In this document: positions 37,452-51,845 of the stretch, piece by piece
Layout: every line of letters starts with the position of its first letter
Numbering within the stretch: the stretch's first letter is position 1
Source of the DNA: Piedraia hortae CBS 480.64
Taxonomy: Eukaryota
DNA length: 64,000 bases
NCBI GenBank assembly: GCA_010093745.1
Contig: MU005974.1
Coordinates: 186,001-250,000, forward strand
Direction of reading: 5' to 3'
Program-made: the position numbers and the translations under genes
The notes under the pieces: generated by a model
Database searches by the model: none
The model's input: the letters and a program-made list of their open reading frames with translations, nothing else
Told to the model about the DNA's origin: nothing

Positions 37452-38260
37452 TGTTCATGGGAGGGGAGAGATGATGAGAGGGATGCTTCGCGGGAACGGG
37501 AAAGGTGGTTAGATGATATGGAGGGAGGGATGATTTGGGCGGGAAGGGTTGCTGGGAAGGCTGACAGCTTAGTGGAAGATTAGGGAGGAGGCTATACGAG
37601 AAATTTTGGGGTGTATTTTGCACGCTGTGCTGGAGGGGGGAGGTTTTTTACTTGTTTCCATGCTATCGAGGGGGTTGGTTTGGGATCGTGATTCGGGGTG
37701 GATGGTGTGTTCGCGAGAAGATTGGTGATTGTGGTGCGTAAGAAGATGAATTAGGGAATGAGATATTGGAGGTGAGGGAGGGGTAATTGGTAAGGCCCCA
37801 GCCGTTCAGCCTCAATGATGTGGTCGGTTTCTTAATGTCAAGCCAGGTGGTCCCTCCGAGATAGCAGTTTGGCCTCTTGTAAGAGGTATAGGGAATCCTG
37901 ATGTGTGTTCGTCATTTGAATCAATTTTCACCTAATTGCGCCCAGAATCCTACTGGTATCTGTCCACGGCTCATTGATGGGATAGGACCGAGCGTGACTT
38001 TTCTGACTCGAACCACTTTCCGCATGGGGAACAAGGTTCTCTCCATCCGTTACGCCACCTGAATTATCGTCAACCATTTCTTCGAAAAGCACCACGTGCT
38101 CTAACTATCCTCCAATCGTTTCTCCCTAAACGGGTACAAAGTCATTCTCATGACCGGCGGACGGATTGGATTCCTCCAGCGTAAATTTACCCAGAAAACA
38201 ACAAGCCCAGAAAACATGTCTTACAATTTCGATAGAAACCATCGTAACATATATAATTAC

Positions 38261-40420
38261 CTAAAGCTTCGCCTTGACCTCTCCCTCAGCCTCTCTGTAC
38301 ATCTCATCCAGCAAATCTCTATACTTCTTCACCGTCTGCGGTCTTTTCAACTTTAACCTATCCCAATAGTCAGTAATACTCCAGCCACAGGGGGGACGTC
38401 ACACTCACGTTGGCGTCAACAACTCATTCTCAATCGTAAACGGCTCCGGCAGGAGCCTCACAGCCTTGACATGCTCATAATTATTAAACTTGGCCTTCTT
38501 ACCCACCCTCATCAAATCCTTGAGCACCGCCTTTTGGACCTTCTCCTCCTTCGCCGCTGCCTCCAGCGCCTTCGCATCCCCAGGTTTAACTTTCGACCCG
38601 ATAGTCTTCTCCACAAACGCCGCAAACGACTCGGGCTCGTACCCGAAAATCGCGACGAGGTTAGGCTGTGTGCTGTCTCCATGGACGTAGCCCTGAGCGA
38701 GGTAGGACAGCTGTCCGAGGTATACGTTCTCGATGCGTTCGGGGGAGATGTACTCTCCCTGGGCGAGTTTGAGGACGTTCTTTACGCGATCGATGATGCG
38801 GAAGCGACCCATTTCGTCCACGGATGCGATGTCGCCGGTGCGGAACCAGCCGTCTTCGGTGAAGGTTTTGGCGGTTTCCTCTGGGCTGCGGAAGTATTCT
38901 TTCATGACGGTTGGACCGCGGATGAGGAGCTCGCCGCGGGGATGGGGGGTGTCGGTTACGAGGTAGTCCATGTCTTCGACAGAGCGGAGACAGAGTTCTG
39001 AGGCTAAAGAGACGGCGCCGCAGTTGCCGGTTGTCAAATCGTTGTGGATCTGAGAGAGGGCGATGGCGTAGGTTTCCGTTAGGCCGTAGCCTTGGATTAG
39101 GGAGTTGCTGAAGACCACGCGGAGGAATTGTTGGAGGTTCGGGTCGATTGGGGCCGCGCCGGAGCCCATTGTGTGCACTTGGTCGAGACCCAGAGCGGCA
39201 GAGACTTTTTTGGACCAGATGCGGTCGTAGAGCATGTGCTTGTTGGTTGGGTTGGGGCCGTTGAGGGTTGCGAGCTTGGTGTTGACGATGTAGCGGGACA
39301 TGGCACCGCGTAGTCCGGATTGCTCGACGGTTTGGGCTTTGATGGCGCCGCCGAAACGGTTGTAGAGACGAGGCACGCTGTTGAAGATGGTGGGACGTAG
39401 GAGTTTGAGGTCGTCCACCAGTTCGGCTGCGCTGCCGTGGAAATATCCAATCTCTGCTCCGCCCCAGAGCGCTCCTTGTTCGGTGAAGCGTTCGAAAATG
39501 TGTGCGAGAGGGAGGTATGACAATAGACGATCTCTGGAATTCTGTGGAGCCATTACCATCGCTGCACTGACGGCTGCCATTGCGTTCCCGTGAGTCAGAA
39601 CAACTCCCTTGGGGTTGCCCGTCGTTCCAGACGTGTAGTTGATGGTGGCAGTGTCCTCCGGTCGGGCTGGGCGGAACGGTCGAGGGGCAGCCGCTCCCAT
39701 GGCTTCAACTTCCTGTATGCTGTAGACCTGGATACCGTGCTCTGAAGCCATGTCCTGCAGGATATCCTTCTTCGTCGTTCCAGGCAACTCTCCATCTGAC
39801 AACGGATCCAGCGAGATGATGAGCTTCAGGCTTGGACATCGCGGCGCCAGCTTGATCAGGGTAGGAATATGGCCCAGGGAGGAGCAGACGCAGACGAGTT
39901 CTGCATGATTGATGATGTACTCGGTAGTATCCGGGCCAAGAGTATCATACAGCGAGACACTGTAGAGCGAATGGGACATGCAAGCCAAGTCGACAATCTG
40001 CCATTCGGGCCTGTTCTGACACCAGAGCCCAACGCCATACTGCTGGCCGGGAACACCCACAGCCTCATGCAGGGCGATCAACCCGGCACCAAAATCGGTG
40101 CGTCTCTTGGCAATTTGCTCATAACTCTCCCACACAAAGGGACCCCAGGACTTGGTCTTGGCGTCGTACGGCCTGTAACCGAGACAATTGTGACGCGGCA
40201 CCCGCTGCCACGACTGTTCAAAGGCTTCATGGAGCGTGGTCACGGTAGGGTCCAGCGTCTTAAGCATAGACTCATCTTTTATCCTCCAGTGTCTGTAGAT
40301 GGGACTACGGCCGGGCGTCTCAGTCCCAGGTAGCGACACACTATAAGGAGCTCCGGCTGGTGGTGGAACCGCCAACCTCTTGGCCTCTTCAAAAGCCAAG
40401 AACCCGCTTCCCCCAAACAT
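38261..40420 (-). CDS. Long-chain fatty acyl-CoA synthetase, peroxisomal (Faa2/FaaB-like)
   Basis: AMP-binding INYTSGTTGNPKGV, QGYGLTET, GWFRTGDI and IIDRVKNVLKLAQGEY. Intron 38408-38358. The last exon 38357-38261 ends ...VKAKL*, a PTS1 signal. Confidence 0.94.
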
Positions 40421-40517
40421 GATAACAGAGACTTGTACCAGAAGAGAAAGGAAAAAGGAGAGAGAGTGAGGGAAAAGTCGACAAGGTTCACGTGTTATCT
40501 ACTTCAATTCCCTCCAT

Positions 40518-40592
40518 CCGAGGCACGATTCCCCTGGGCCTTTGTAGATTTTAGCCTCTGGCCGGCGTTTTCCGGGCGTAGGAGAGCCTCGG
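40518..40592 (-). promoter_or_regulatory. Two CCGAGG/CCTCGG FarA/FarB-type fatty-acid response cores
   Basis: CCGAGG at 40518-40523 and CCTCGG at 40587-40592, 100-170 bp upstream of the acyl-CoA synthetase ATG. Confidence 0.6.
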
Positions 40593-41526
40593 AGGTAGGC
40601 CGTCCGAATGCGGTAATCCTTCGCTTCGGCTCTCTAACCCGGTTCGGATGGCTTCCGCATTGCCGAGCCGATGCTGGATGTCGGACTGACCGATCTCGCT
40701 AGGTGTCAAACGTTCCAAAGATCTGGTACAAATTTTCCGGCCTTGTCAGATGCAGCAGCATGCGGAACATTTGCAGCTGCCGAGATTCGATTGACCAATT
40801 ATACCGTGCAGCAGCAACGTACCTGAGTGGAACATGGTCCCTTTACGTAAGGGCAGCTACCTAAGAAGAAGCCATGCTGTCTGTTTTGTAACGGAGGCAT
40901 TCGTCTTGTCTGTTAGCTGCTTGGAAGCAGTGTTAGCGGGCCCGATGGATGGTTGGTCTGGAAAATCGTCCACTTGAATGTAAGCATTAGATAGCCAAGG
41001 ATATAGCGTGGTTGATTATCTCTACACTCCATGTCTGGCATATGGATGATGTGGTCATCTCCAGCAAGCCTCGCGGCCAGCCAGTCGCTGCTTCAATCTT
41101 GATGCATATCCTGGGGCCAATAATCCATGAACGGGCCCTGGCATTCAATAGTCGGGCAGCGATATGAATGCCTCCTGATCATCGAGGTCGATAACTACGT
41201 GTTTGATCAGCAAAGATGGTGAACTGCCTTAAGATGACAGCAATGTTGTGAAGTTAGGCAGCTGTCATCGAGGCAAGACTAACGATTGTCAAGCATGTTA
41301 TCAGGTTCTACCTACCTATACAGACATGACGCAGAGCGAGCAACGATTTCTTCTACCAGATGAATGACTATCCGCACTGGGACTGCCATCACTCGCCCGC
41401 ATCCAGATGGCGCCACCCCACAAACGTTCGGCACGGCCCGGCCCGCTGACGAACCTCAAAAAAGTCAACGAGACCAACAATTCCAGCAAGTAATCCAACC
41501 CGCTGAACCAGGACAGACTGCCCGGC

Positions 41527-42965
<1,439 letters not shown>

Positions 42966-43259
42966 TCCACTGTAATAATTCTATGTAGCAGCCGTCGGTA
43001 AGGATAATTCACTTCATCGAGATGCCCATCCCTCGGGTAATCCAGCTACGGTGCGGTTTTAGTCTACGACACATAGCAGAGTAGAAATTCCGATTGAGCC
43101 ACAGAATCCACCACAATAAACCGTGTCGAGAATGAGTTGGAGAAAGAAAGAAGAATTTCAAGGCGTGGAGGGGGAGAATAGAGCGGAAACGCGGGCCGAG
43201 GTTTACCCGCCCGACGGTACCTCATCGAAGGGCAGAGGACGGATTGGAACAGAGCAACG

Positions 43260-45585
43260 ATGCTGCGCCGCCGCCTCCTCTCCTCTGCACGCAGCAATGT
43301 GCGACCCTTCACCTCCGCCTCGCGCCGCTCCGCGCAGCAGGTGGAATTAACCGTTGATGGGAAGAAGGTTAGCGTTCCCGGTAAGCAGCAGCATCCCCCC
43401 AAAGTGTGGAGGCAGTTCGATTGATGTTATCTAGCCGGATCAGCGCTCATCCAAGCCTGCGAGAAGGCTGGCTCGACGATCCCACGGTACTGCTACCATG
43501 AGAAACTCATGATTGCGGGAAATTGTCGCATGTGTCTCGTGGAGGTTGAGAGGGCGCCAAAGCCGGTTGCGTCTTGTGCGTGGCCCGTTCAGCCGGGGAT
43601 GGTCGTCCATACGAATAGTCCACTTACGCATAAGGCTCGAGAGGGGGTTATGGAATTTCTCCTCGCGAACCATCCGCTGGATTGTCCGATCTGTGATCAG
43701 GGAGGGGAGTGTGATCTCCAGGATCAGAGTATGAGGTATGGTGCTGATAGGGGGAGGTTTCATGAGATCACTGGGAAGAGGGCGGTTGAGGATAAGGATA
43801 TTGGGCCGTTGGTCAAGGTATGTGTTGGATGGACCCCCGGGATGATGATCCCCCCTTCGGGTTCCCCCTCTTCCCTGCTAACGGCATGCATAGACGTCGA
43901 TGAACAGGTGCATTCACTGTACCCGCTGCGTGCGGTTTGCGAATGATGTTGCCGGAGCGCCGGAACTGGGGACGACGGGACGCGGGAACGATATGCAGAT
44001 TGGGACGTACCTCGAGACGGCGCTGGATACGGAGCTGTCAGGAAACGTGATTGATCTGTGTCCCGTCGGAGCGCTGACGTCGAAGCCGTATGCGTTCAAG
44101 GCGAGGCCGTGGGAATTGCAGCATTGCGAGACGGTTGACGTCATGGATGCTCTTGGGAGTAATATTCGGGTTGATACGCGTGGGATGCAGGTTCTGCGTG
44201 TGCTGCCAAGGCTCAATGATGATGTTAATGAGGAGTGGATCAACGATAAGTCGCGGTTTGCCTGTGATGGGCTCAATACGCAGAGACTTACTACTCCTCT
44301 GATTCGTCAGGGCGGTCAGTTCCACCCTGCTACGTGGGAACAGGTTCTCGTCGAGATTGGGTCTAAGTTCAAGGAGATTGCGCCTAAAGGCGATGAGGTC
44401 CAGTTCGTTGCTGGTCATTTGGTGGATACGGAGACGCTTGTTGTGGCAAAGGACTTTGCTAATAAGCTCGGCTCGGAGAATCTTGGACTCGATCAGCCGC
44501 GCGGTGCTGAGCCTGTGGCCCATGGGATTGACATCCGCAGCAACTACGCCTTCAACTCGACCATTGCCGGCGTTGAGGATGCGGATGTAATTCTCCTCGT
44601 AGGCACGAACCCGCGTTGGGAGGCTGCTCTTCTCAACGCCCGCATCAGGAAGCAATGGCTGGCATCTGACCTCGAAGTCGGTCTGATTGGAGAGGATTTT
44701 GATTCCACCTTTGATTACCAGAACCTCGGATCCAATGCCTCTGACTTGAAGAGCGCCCTCTCCGGTTCATTTGGGAAGAAGCTGGCCTCTGCTGAGCGTC
44801 CCATGATCATCGTCGGTTCATCAGCAGCAGAGCATGACGACGCAGCAGCCGTGTACGAAACGGTGGGCGATTTCGTCGCCAACAACAAGAACATGGTGAC
44901 GCCAGAGTGGAACGGATTCAACGTTCTCCAGCGCGCAGCATCACGCACAGCGGCCTACGAGATTGGTTTCTCTGTACAACGGCCTGAGACTGCCAATACC
45001 AAGCCAAAGATCGTCTGGCTTCTTGGAGCAGACGAGGTTGATGCACAAACCATCCCTGCTGATGCATTCGTAATCTACCAGGGCCACCACGGCGACAAGG
45101 GCGCTCAGCTGGCTGACGTGGTTTTGCCTGGAGCAGCCTACACCGAGAAACACGCAACATATGTAAACACCGAAGGAAGAGCACAGATGGGTCGCGCAGC
45201 AACCTCCCTCGTCGGCGCGGCGAGAGAAGACTGGAAGATCATCCGCGCCGTATCCGAAGTCGTTGGTGCACCGTTACCATATGACGATGTGGACATGGTA
45301 CGAGACCGCATGGATGAAATCTCACCTGCGTTGAGGCATTACGATGTTGTAGAACCATCATCCCTCGCCCAACTAAGCCTCGTCCAGCTAAGAGATCAGA
45401 ACCGCGGAGCGAAAGTCTCCGGTGTACCGTTGAAATCAGCGATACAAGATTTCTACTTTACAGATGCCATTTCGCGGTCGTCACCGACAATGGCAAGGTG
45501 CTCGGCTGCGAAGGCGGCCAAGGACGCACATACAAATTTCATGGCACCCGGGGAGCCGCATGCGCAGGTGCAGTATGGACCTTAG
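43260..45585 (+). CDS. NDUFS1: NADH:ubiquinone oxidoreductase 75/78 kDa Fe-S subunit
   Basis: Mitochondrial presequence, [38 protein letters not shown] and RCIHCTRC. Exons 43260-43380, 43435-43817 and 43894-45585. Confidence 0.96.
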
Positions 45586-45646
45586 GTAGCTTTTGTACAT
45601 TTTTTTTTTCTATCCTTTCAGAAGAGCCGTCTACGTACGACTGTTC

Positions 45647-47227
45647 CTACTCGAATTCTATCGTCGCCGGCGGTTTATCCGTTAGATCCACCAGGACTCT
45701 AACCACGCCCTCAACTTCGTTGCAGATTCTTCTGATGATCTTCTTTAGGAGTTTATAATCCATCTCCACGGCGGTGGCAGTCATGAAGTCATCCGTCTTG
45801 ACCGCTCTAATCGCAGCAATGTATCCATGGAATCTCTTGTCCCCCACCACACCCACCGCCTTTCCATCCATCAACGCCAGGACAGCCTGGGAGATGGAAT
45901 CATACAGTCCCGCAGCCCGCAACTCTTCAATAAAAATCGCATCCGCATCCTGCAGGGTCCTGACCTTCTCTTCCGTGACCTCGCCGATGATGCGGATACC
46001 CAACCCCGGCCCGGGAAAAGGATGTCTCCAGACCATCTCCCTCGGCAGGCCCAGTTCGGTCCCCATCTCCCTAACCTCATCCTTGAACAGCTCCCTTAGG
46101 GGCTCAATCAACTTTAGATCCATCTTCTCCGGCAGCCCTCCCACATTGTGGTGCGTCTTGATCGTCTCACTGGGTCCCTTGAACGAAATGCTCTCAATCA
46201 CATCCGGATACAACGTCCCCTGCAACAAAAACTCAATCTTCCCTTTTCCCCCTGCCCTCTCCGCAATCTCCTTCGCAGTCTCATCAAACACCTCGATAAA
46301 CAGTCCACCAATAATCTTTCTCTTCCTCTCCGGATCCGTAACCCCCTTCAACCTCCCAAGAAATCTCTCCCTCGCATCCACAACGGTCAAATCAATCCCC
46401 AGCCCCTCCCTCAACGTCCTCTTCACGCTCCGCGCCTCATCTTTCCTGAGCAACCCATTATCAACAAGCACAGCATGAAACCTCTTCCCAATCGCCTCAT
46501 GCATCAACCTCGCCGCAACCGAAGAGTCAACTCCCCCACTCACTGCCCCAATAACCTGCCCCTTCTCCCCCACCGTCTCCCTAATCCTCGCAATCTCCGT
46601 CGCAACGAACCTCTTCATCGTCCAATTCTGCTTCGCCTGGCAAATATTAACCGCGAAATTGCGAAGCAGCCCTACCCCGCACGCCGTATGCGTGACCTCG
46701 GGGTGGAATTGGATCCCCCACACCCCCTTATCCGGCCTCCCTATTGCAGCATACGGCGACGAACTCGTCGTTGCAATAACCTCAAACCCCTCCGGCAACG
46801 CCGACAATTTATCTCCATGAGACATCCAGACATCCACCTTCTCCCCCAATCCTTCAAAGAGCCCCCCGGCGGTTGTGACCTCTAGCTCCGCGTGCCCGTA
46901 CTCTTTCTTCGCCCCCGCTACGACGCCCTGGCCGTGGTGCCATGCTATTTCTTGCAGGCCATAGCAGATCCCCAGGATGGGGATTCCGAAGGTGAATGTT
47001 TTGGGGGAGATGTGCGGGGCAGAGGGCGAGTACACGCTATATGGACCGCCGGAGAGGATTATGCCTTTGGGCGTGAAGGGGAGGGTGGTGGGGTCCACCG
47101 TGCAAGGGTAGAGCTCGGAGTAGACCCCTAACTCGCGCAACCGGCGCGTGATGAGGTGCGTGTATTGAGAGCCGAAGTCGAGGACGAGGAGCGTGTCGAA
47201 GAGAGTGTGTGGTGGTGCGGCGGACAT
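45647..47227 (-). CDS. GUA1: GMP synthase (glutamine-hydrolysing)
   Basis: [49 protein letters not shown] and KPPATIEFE. Likely start is ACCATG at 47227; an in-frame upstream ATG lies at 47452. Confidence 0.96.
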   Translation of the reverse strand: MSAAPPHTLFDTLLVLDFGSQYTHLITRRLRELGVYSELYPCTVDPTTLPFTPKGIILSGGPYSVYSPSAPHISPKTFTFGIPILGICYGLQEIAWHHGQGVVAGAKKEYGHAELEVTTAGGLFEGLGEKVDVWMSHGDKLSALPEGFEVIATTSSSPYAAIGRPDKGVWGIQFHPEVTHTACGVGLLRNFAVNICQAKQNWTMKRFVATEIARIRETVGEKGQVIGAVSGGVDSSVAARLMHEAIGKRFHAVLVDNGLLRKDEARSVKRTLREGLGIDLTVVDARERFLGRLKGVTDPERKRKIIGGLFIEVFDETAKEIAERAGGKGKIEFLLQGTLYPDVIESISFKGPSETIKTHHNVGGLPEKMDLKLIEPLRELFKDEVREMGTELGLPREMVWRHPFPGPGLGIRIIGEVTEEKVRTLQDADAIFIEELRAAGLYDSISQAVLALMDGKAVGVVGDKRFHGYIAAIRAVKTDDFMTATAVEMDYKLLKKIIRRICNEVEGVVRVLVDLTDKPPATIEFE

Positions 47228-47848
47228 GGTGATTTGGGGTTGGGATTTTGTTTTTTTTTTGTTATTTTTTTTGGTGGGGTGAGGTGACCCCGCCGGAGGG
47301 GTTCCGTGGTTTTGTGTGGGATTTGGCTCAGAATGGGAGGGTTGATGGAATCGTTTTGTGGGATATTCTGCTGAGAGTAATCTACGAACAGTAGGTGCTG
47401 CAGATCTCTGTGCTACATACGTGGTCGGACGTACTGACAGACGTCGTTGCATTGGTATTGGGGATAAAGTAGAGTCTGCGACTGGCTACTTGCATCCTCA
47501 GAAGCAGATTTGCAATGCTCCTTTACGTCTTTGACGAAAACACAGACGTTCTACAAGGGTTAGCGCGGGATTGTTCCGCGCCGACGCGAACAATTTAATT
47601 CTTGGTATCAAACATCGACATCATCTCATCATCGGCTTGTCACCCGTCAAAGATCTCACATTTCGACGTGTAACTGTAGATGAATGGAGGTGCAGTGCGA
47701 TTCTCAAGCGATGTTCATGGCTGACGTTGAACGGCAAGGGCCGCTTCGATGAACTTTAGTGTTGACTTCATTTCATCAGGACTGACCAGAAGCAGGACAA
47801 GTGTTGCCCTGTTGAAGAGCTGCGAGGCGGGCTTCCCTTGCAATATCT

Positions 47849-48046
47849 CATCTCTGTGTGTCTTGAAAGAGGTGATGTAGAAATAAGGTTCAACTGCGGC
47901 TTCTCGCCGCTCGACCGCGGAAGATAGAGATGCCTTAGACATTGCCTCAGTTTCACACCGTACCTTCGTCGATTCCCTGTAGAACGTCAGAAGGTCGTGA
48001 TAGAGGTAATCTAACGCTGTTGTGCGCGAATTCACTTCGAAAAGCC
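47849..48046 (-). repeat. ~198-bp dispersed repeat, copy 1 (coding-like relic)
   Basis: Reverse complement aligns without gaps to 61384-61581 and encodes LFEVNSRTTALDYLYHDLLTFYRESTKVRC. Confidence 0.85.
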
Positions 48047-48949
48047 GCATCCCCGGCTGAAAAGCAAATCCCATCCGTGCAAGATCGAAGATCATGCAAG
48101 GCCATTAGCATATGGAAGAGATGCTATTAATCTAAGGCCCATGGTGGACTAGAAGAGGGCCTGACTGTCCGACAGTCTCAATGGCTAACTAAGAGACATG
48201 TATGCCACCAATATCGCTCCTCCTGACGCCAGAGATGGGGGTGCTGGATGCTGGTTTGAATATTGGAAGTACCCCGATCATTGTATAACAGCAAAATGAA
48301 TACAGTGCGATTGCATTGTTACAGTTTTGGCAGGAATGAGCATGTCAGTTGATGCGAAAATTGTTACATCAAACGAACGTCGAATGCTGAGGATGGTCCC
48401 AATCGCCCAAAATTCCAGCTGAGCCGTAGCCATCCAGCTCAAGATCAATCGCACGCCGAAGGAGTGCCTACTTGACTCAAGACCTCCACAAAGATATCTG
48501 GAATGAGTTTACAAATAGTCGATTCATCCCATGATGGACAACAACAATACAGTCCGAGTTCTGCATTTACATATCGCAGAAACACATGAACTCTCCATGA
48601 CCACACCAGCTATCGATGCACTCATCAATCTAACTGGCACACAATGTTCAACGCGGACGGAAGACTACTATGCGGCCTCTGCAACAATCCTTCAAGCCTA
48701 CCATAATATCTTCAGTGAGATAACCTTGCCCAAGGCCGTGAGCCAAACAATTCAAGCCCACATAAATCAACATTTTGCTTTTATTACATCAGAAAAACTA
48801 CATTCCCTCGCTCAAGACATTCTGAGCAATTAGGTTCCATTACTTCAACAGTTCAGAACACATGATATATAACCCCCCGAACAGCTGCAAGCACAACCCA
48901 CAACAACAGCCCGAAACAAGCCGTTCCAGACCAGGAACTCGTTTACACA

Positions 48950-49760
48950 GGCACCAGAGCGAGGAAGTACGGAGTTACACAGCAATTCGAAGACCGGTAA
49001 AAGCAAAACGTCACCAGCCGGGAGAGACGGACAAAAGAGCTCCGACCCTCAATGGGCCGGAGCAGGGGACTTGTCACGCCCGACGTTGTGTCCCTTCCCT
49101 CTAAGTTCAGTTTCTTTTGGACATGGACCTCGATCGATCACGTGTCTCGACACCGATTACAGAACGCATGAGCGATGCCTCCAGACGGTGATGTCCAGCA
49201 GGTAAATACCTCGCCATGACTATGCCTGTTACAGCACTACCATCCTTCCCGACACTGGATCAAGTTACCACTTCATCAAAGACAAAGCACTGTTCATATC
49301 ACTGACTGATCGACCAGTTTGGTTTAGTCAGGCAGTTACAGAAGCAAAATGGTATGGAAAGCAACAGCCGAGATGGGCAAATCTGGAGCAACAATCTCTT
49401 CCAATACAATACAGGGGCTTCGAAAGTTGGCAATGGCGCATCCAGACTGAACGGGGCCATCCAGAAGCCAAAGCCATCGAATTCTTCGTATGTGAGGCCT
49501 GCGACGGAGCCGAAATTGTCAAGATTTCCTTACACGATTTCTTCCGGCCAGTAGCTTATACCGGCGAATCCATCCACTATCGAACTGAATCGGTCGATGG
49601 CAACGAATAGCTAGGACCCGATTGCTACTTCATGCTTATGGAGTCCGTCTGTGATGGTCACAATGCATGTCTCCCGGTGCTGTGAAGGCAATACACGTTG
49701 ACGGAGCGAGGGAGCTGGTCAATGGTGTTTCCCTGGTCGAGTCCTTTTGCAGCGAACGAC
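48950..49760 (+). mobile_element. Possible highly decayed LINE (Tad1-like) remnant
   Basis: Weak motif echoes only: SIDH (~49130), TGS..H (~49255), LGPD (~49612) and ELVNGVS (~49712). Confidence 0.2.
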
Positions 49761-50512
49761 GATTGGGTTGAGGACTTCAGTGCCGCAACATCATCATCAG
49801 AACCTATTTCCGATGGGATAGATTAGTCTGATTCTGATTCTGTTCCGGACTGGGAGGGTGTTGGGTTTGAGGCAGTATAGGTTCTGAGTAACATGGGGCG
49901 CATTGTGACAGGGGCCGGAGAGGAGCGGAACAGGGTTTGGGAGTGTAAGGCTGGGAGAAAGAAGGACCGACCGGCCGTAAGTTCAGAGCGGTCCCACGCT
50001 TTCCCAAGTTGTGTTTTCTCGTACATAGTGCTCGATAGACACTTGTCTCGACGCGGGCACACGCATTGGAGCTTCTTTGTATTCTGCTTTGTGGGTTCCC
50101 TGGTTTAAACCGGGGAGAGCTGGGAGGGCGATCCTTTGGTGTGGATCTGAAGGAATGAATGGCTGCCTTGCTGTCGTACTGTGATATAGCGGATCCACCT
50201 GATGGATTCGAGGCCATGGCATACTCATTTAGCCTTTTATGGTGTCCAAATTAGGTCAGAATCAACGAGAGAGTATTGCCCACTAATGAATAATCAATAT
50301 ATCCGTCCCCCAGTCTCCATCTAACTTCATGTCAAGTATAATGTTGACAAATGCACTAGTGTATGTGGCTTGTGGTCAACATCAGCGCCGAGACGTATGG
50401 TGTCGCCACGCATCGTCGAGGGCAACCGTCATGCCGAGACTTATGGTGTCGTTGCTCATTGCCTGCTCCTCCTCCTGCTCTTCTTCTTTCACTTCAACAT
50501 CCCCATTTACTC

Positions 50513-50748
50513 CTCACGGGAAACTCGCATTACCAACAGATACCATCATAAAGTCTGCGTCTCCATCTATTTCGTTTTTCCATGCATGCATGGCCAAGTG
50601 CTCTCTCCTATATCATTACAGCTTCGCCCATTCTATCGTACTTTCAAAGCATCTTCCATAGCCATATTGTCTTTGAATACCGTCGAATACTCCGATAACA
50701 TACCCACAGACGGAACCTATCCCTCGAATTCTCACCAACACCACCTCT
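50513..50748 (+). repeat. 236-bp direct repeat, copy 1
   Basis: Aligns without gaps to 54579-54814 with about 11 substitutions. Confidence 0.9.
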
Positions 50749-50805
50749 TTTCTTCACGAGGATTAAGAGCTCGAGCACTAAGGAAGAAAGAGCCAAGAGG
50801 CAATC

Positions 50806-51370
50806 CTGTTGATGTTAGTCGGGAGCCAGTCCCGATAGGCCTAGGGTGACCAGCAACCTCATCTCTAGAGTCTCAGCAAAAAGGTAGCAGCAACAACATT
50901 GTCTTTCATGTCACTTCCCGTTCTTATATTCACTATATCCAAGGTGCACTGACCTGGACCCACGCTTCACAGACCTGCTACCTATCTGCGGGTATGTCCA
51001 CGAGCTACAGGGAGAACTGAAATTTCCAACACGAAACCACCAACGAGGATACGAACAATTAAATCTACGATTAGACGACACGTAAGAGAGGACTATGAAA
51101 GACATTTGGCGTCTGCGGCACGAAAGCTGGCCCTAGGAAGTGAGAGGGTGGATTCCACATTTAAATGCCGCAGCTCGATGACGTCTGCACCTGAGTCAAA
51201 CTCGTGGCGTACCGCTCCATCACCAATCTGACCACGGTGAACAGTCTTTCCTAGAAGTTCGGGTACCTAATCGCTGGGCAAACATGGCTATCACAATTTC
51301 GCAGGCACTCTCAATTCGAACCCTCGTGAAACCTTCAGCAGCCCCTCTCTACCACACATTGACCAATTAC
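50806..51370 (+). repeat. 565-bp perfect inverted repeat, left arm
   Basis: Exact reverse complement of 54980-55544 by eye. The same 64-aa ORF is called in both arms. Confidence 0.95.
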
Positions 51371-51435
51371 GATCGCCAAGCCACCCCCCTTGCCATTACA
51401 AGGTACCTAACTTAGCTGAGCAAGCCCATTATCTC

Positions 51436-51481
51436 GAAAGTTAAACTGGGGGTGCGAGACTCGCACCCCAGTTTAACTTTC
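51436..51481. repeat. 46-bp near-perfect palindrome (hairpin)
   Basis: GAAAGTTAAACTGGGGGTGCGAG-A-CTCGCACCCCAGTTTAACTTTC: 22-bp stem with one bulged G. Confidence 0.9.
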
Positions 51482-51759
51482 TCAAGCACAGATAACAGTG
51501 ACTGCCACCAGACGACACGTTCTGCACACCCCCGAGCTGCCTAATGCGATGCACAACGGCGCGGTGAGACTGGCAGAAGACTTTGGAGCACATGCTTTTA
51601 CTGACAGACTGCTTCCGAACTGCTAGCCGAGGGCATGGAGGTAATCGTCGCAGTGTCTTCATGGAAGAAGGACACGCTCTCAAATCCCAACGCGCTGTGC
51701 AGTCAACCTGGCGTTGTTGCTTCCCTACCCAATTGGGCCTAGCTTGTGACGTCACACAA

Positions 51760-51845
51760 ACTGTAACAATTGACCCGTCCACCAGCAATCCGTAACAATT
51801 AACCCATGGCAATCCGTAACATTACCCACCCAGCAATCAACAATG
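51760..51845. repeat. ~25-bp tandem repeat x3
   Basis: (GCAATCC)GTAACA(A)TT(A/G)ACCC units. Confidence 0.65.

Noticed and set aside
50911..51105. 64-aa ORF duplicated at 55245-55439 as a real gene
   Set aside because: The identity just reflects the perfect inverted repeat, and the ORF has no recognisable motif. A small antidote-type peptide cannot be excluded without expression data.
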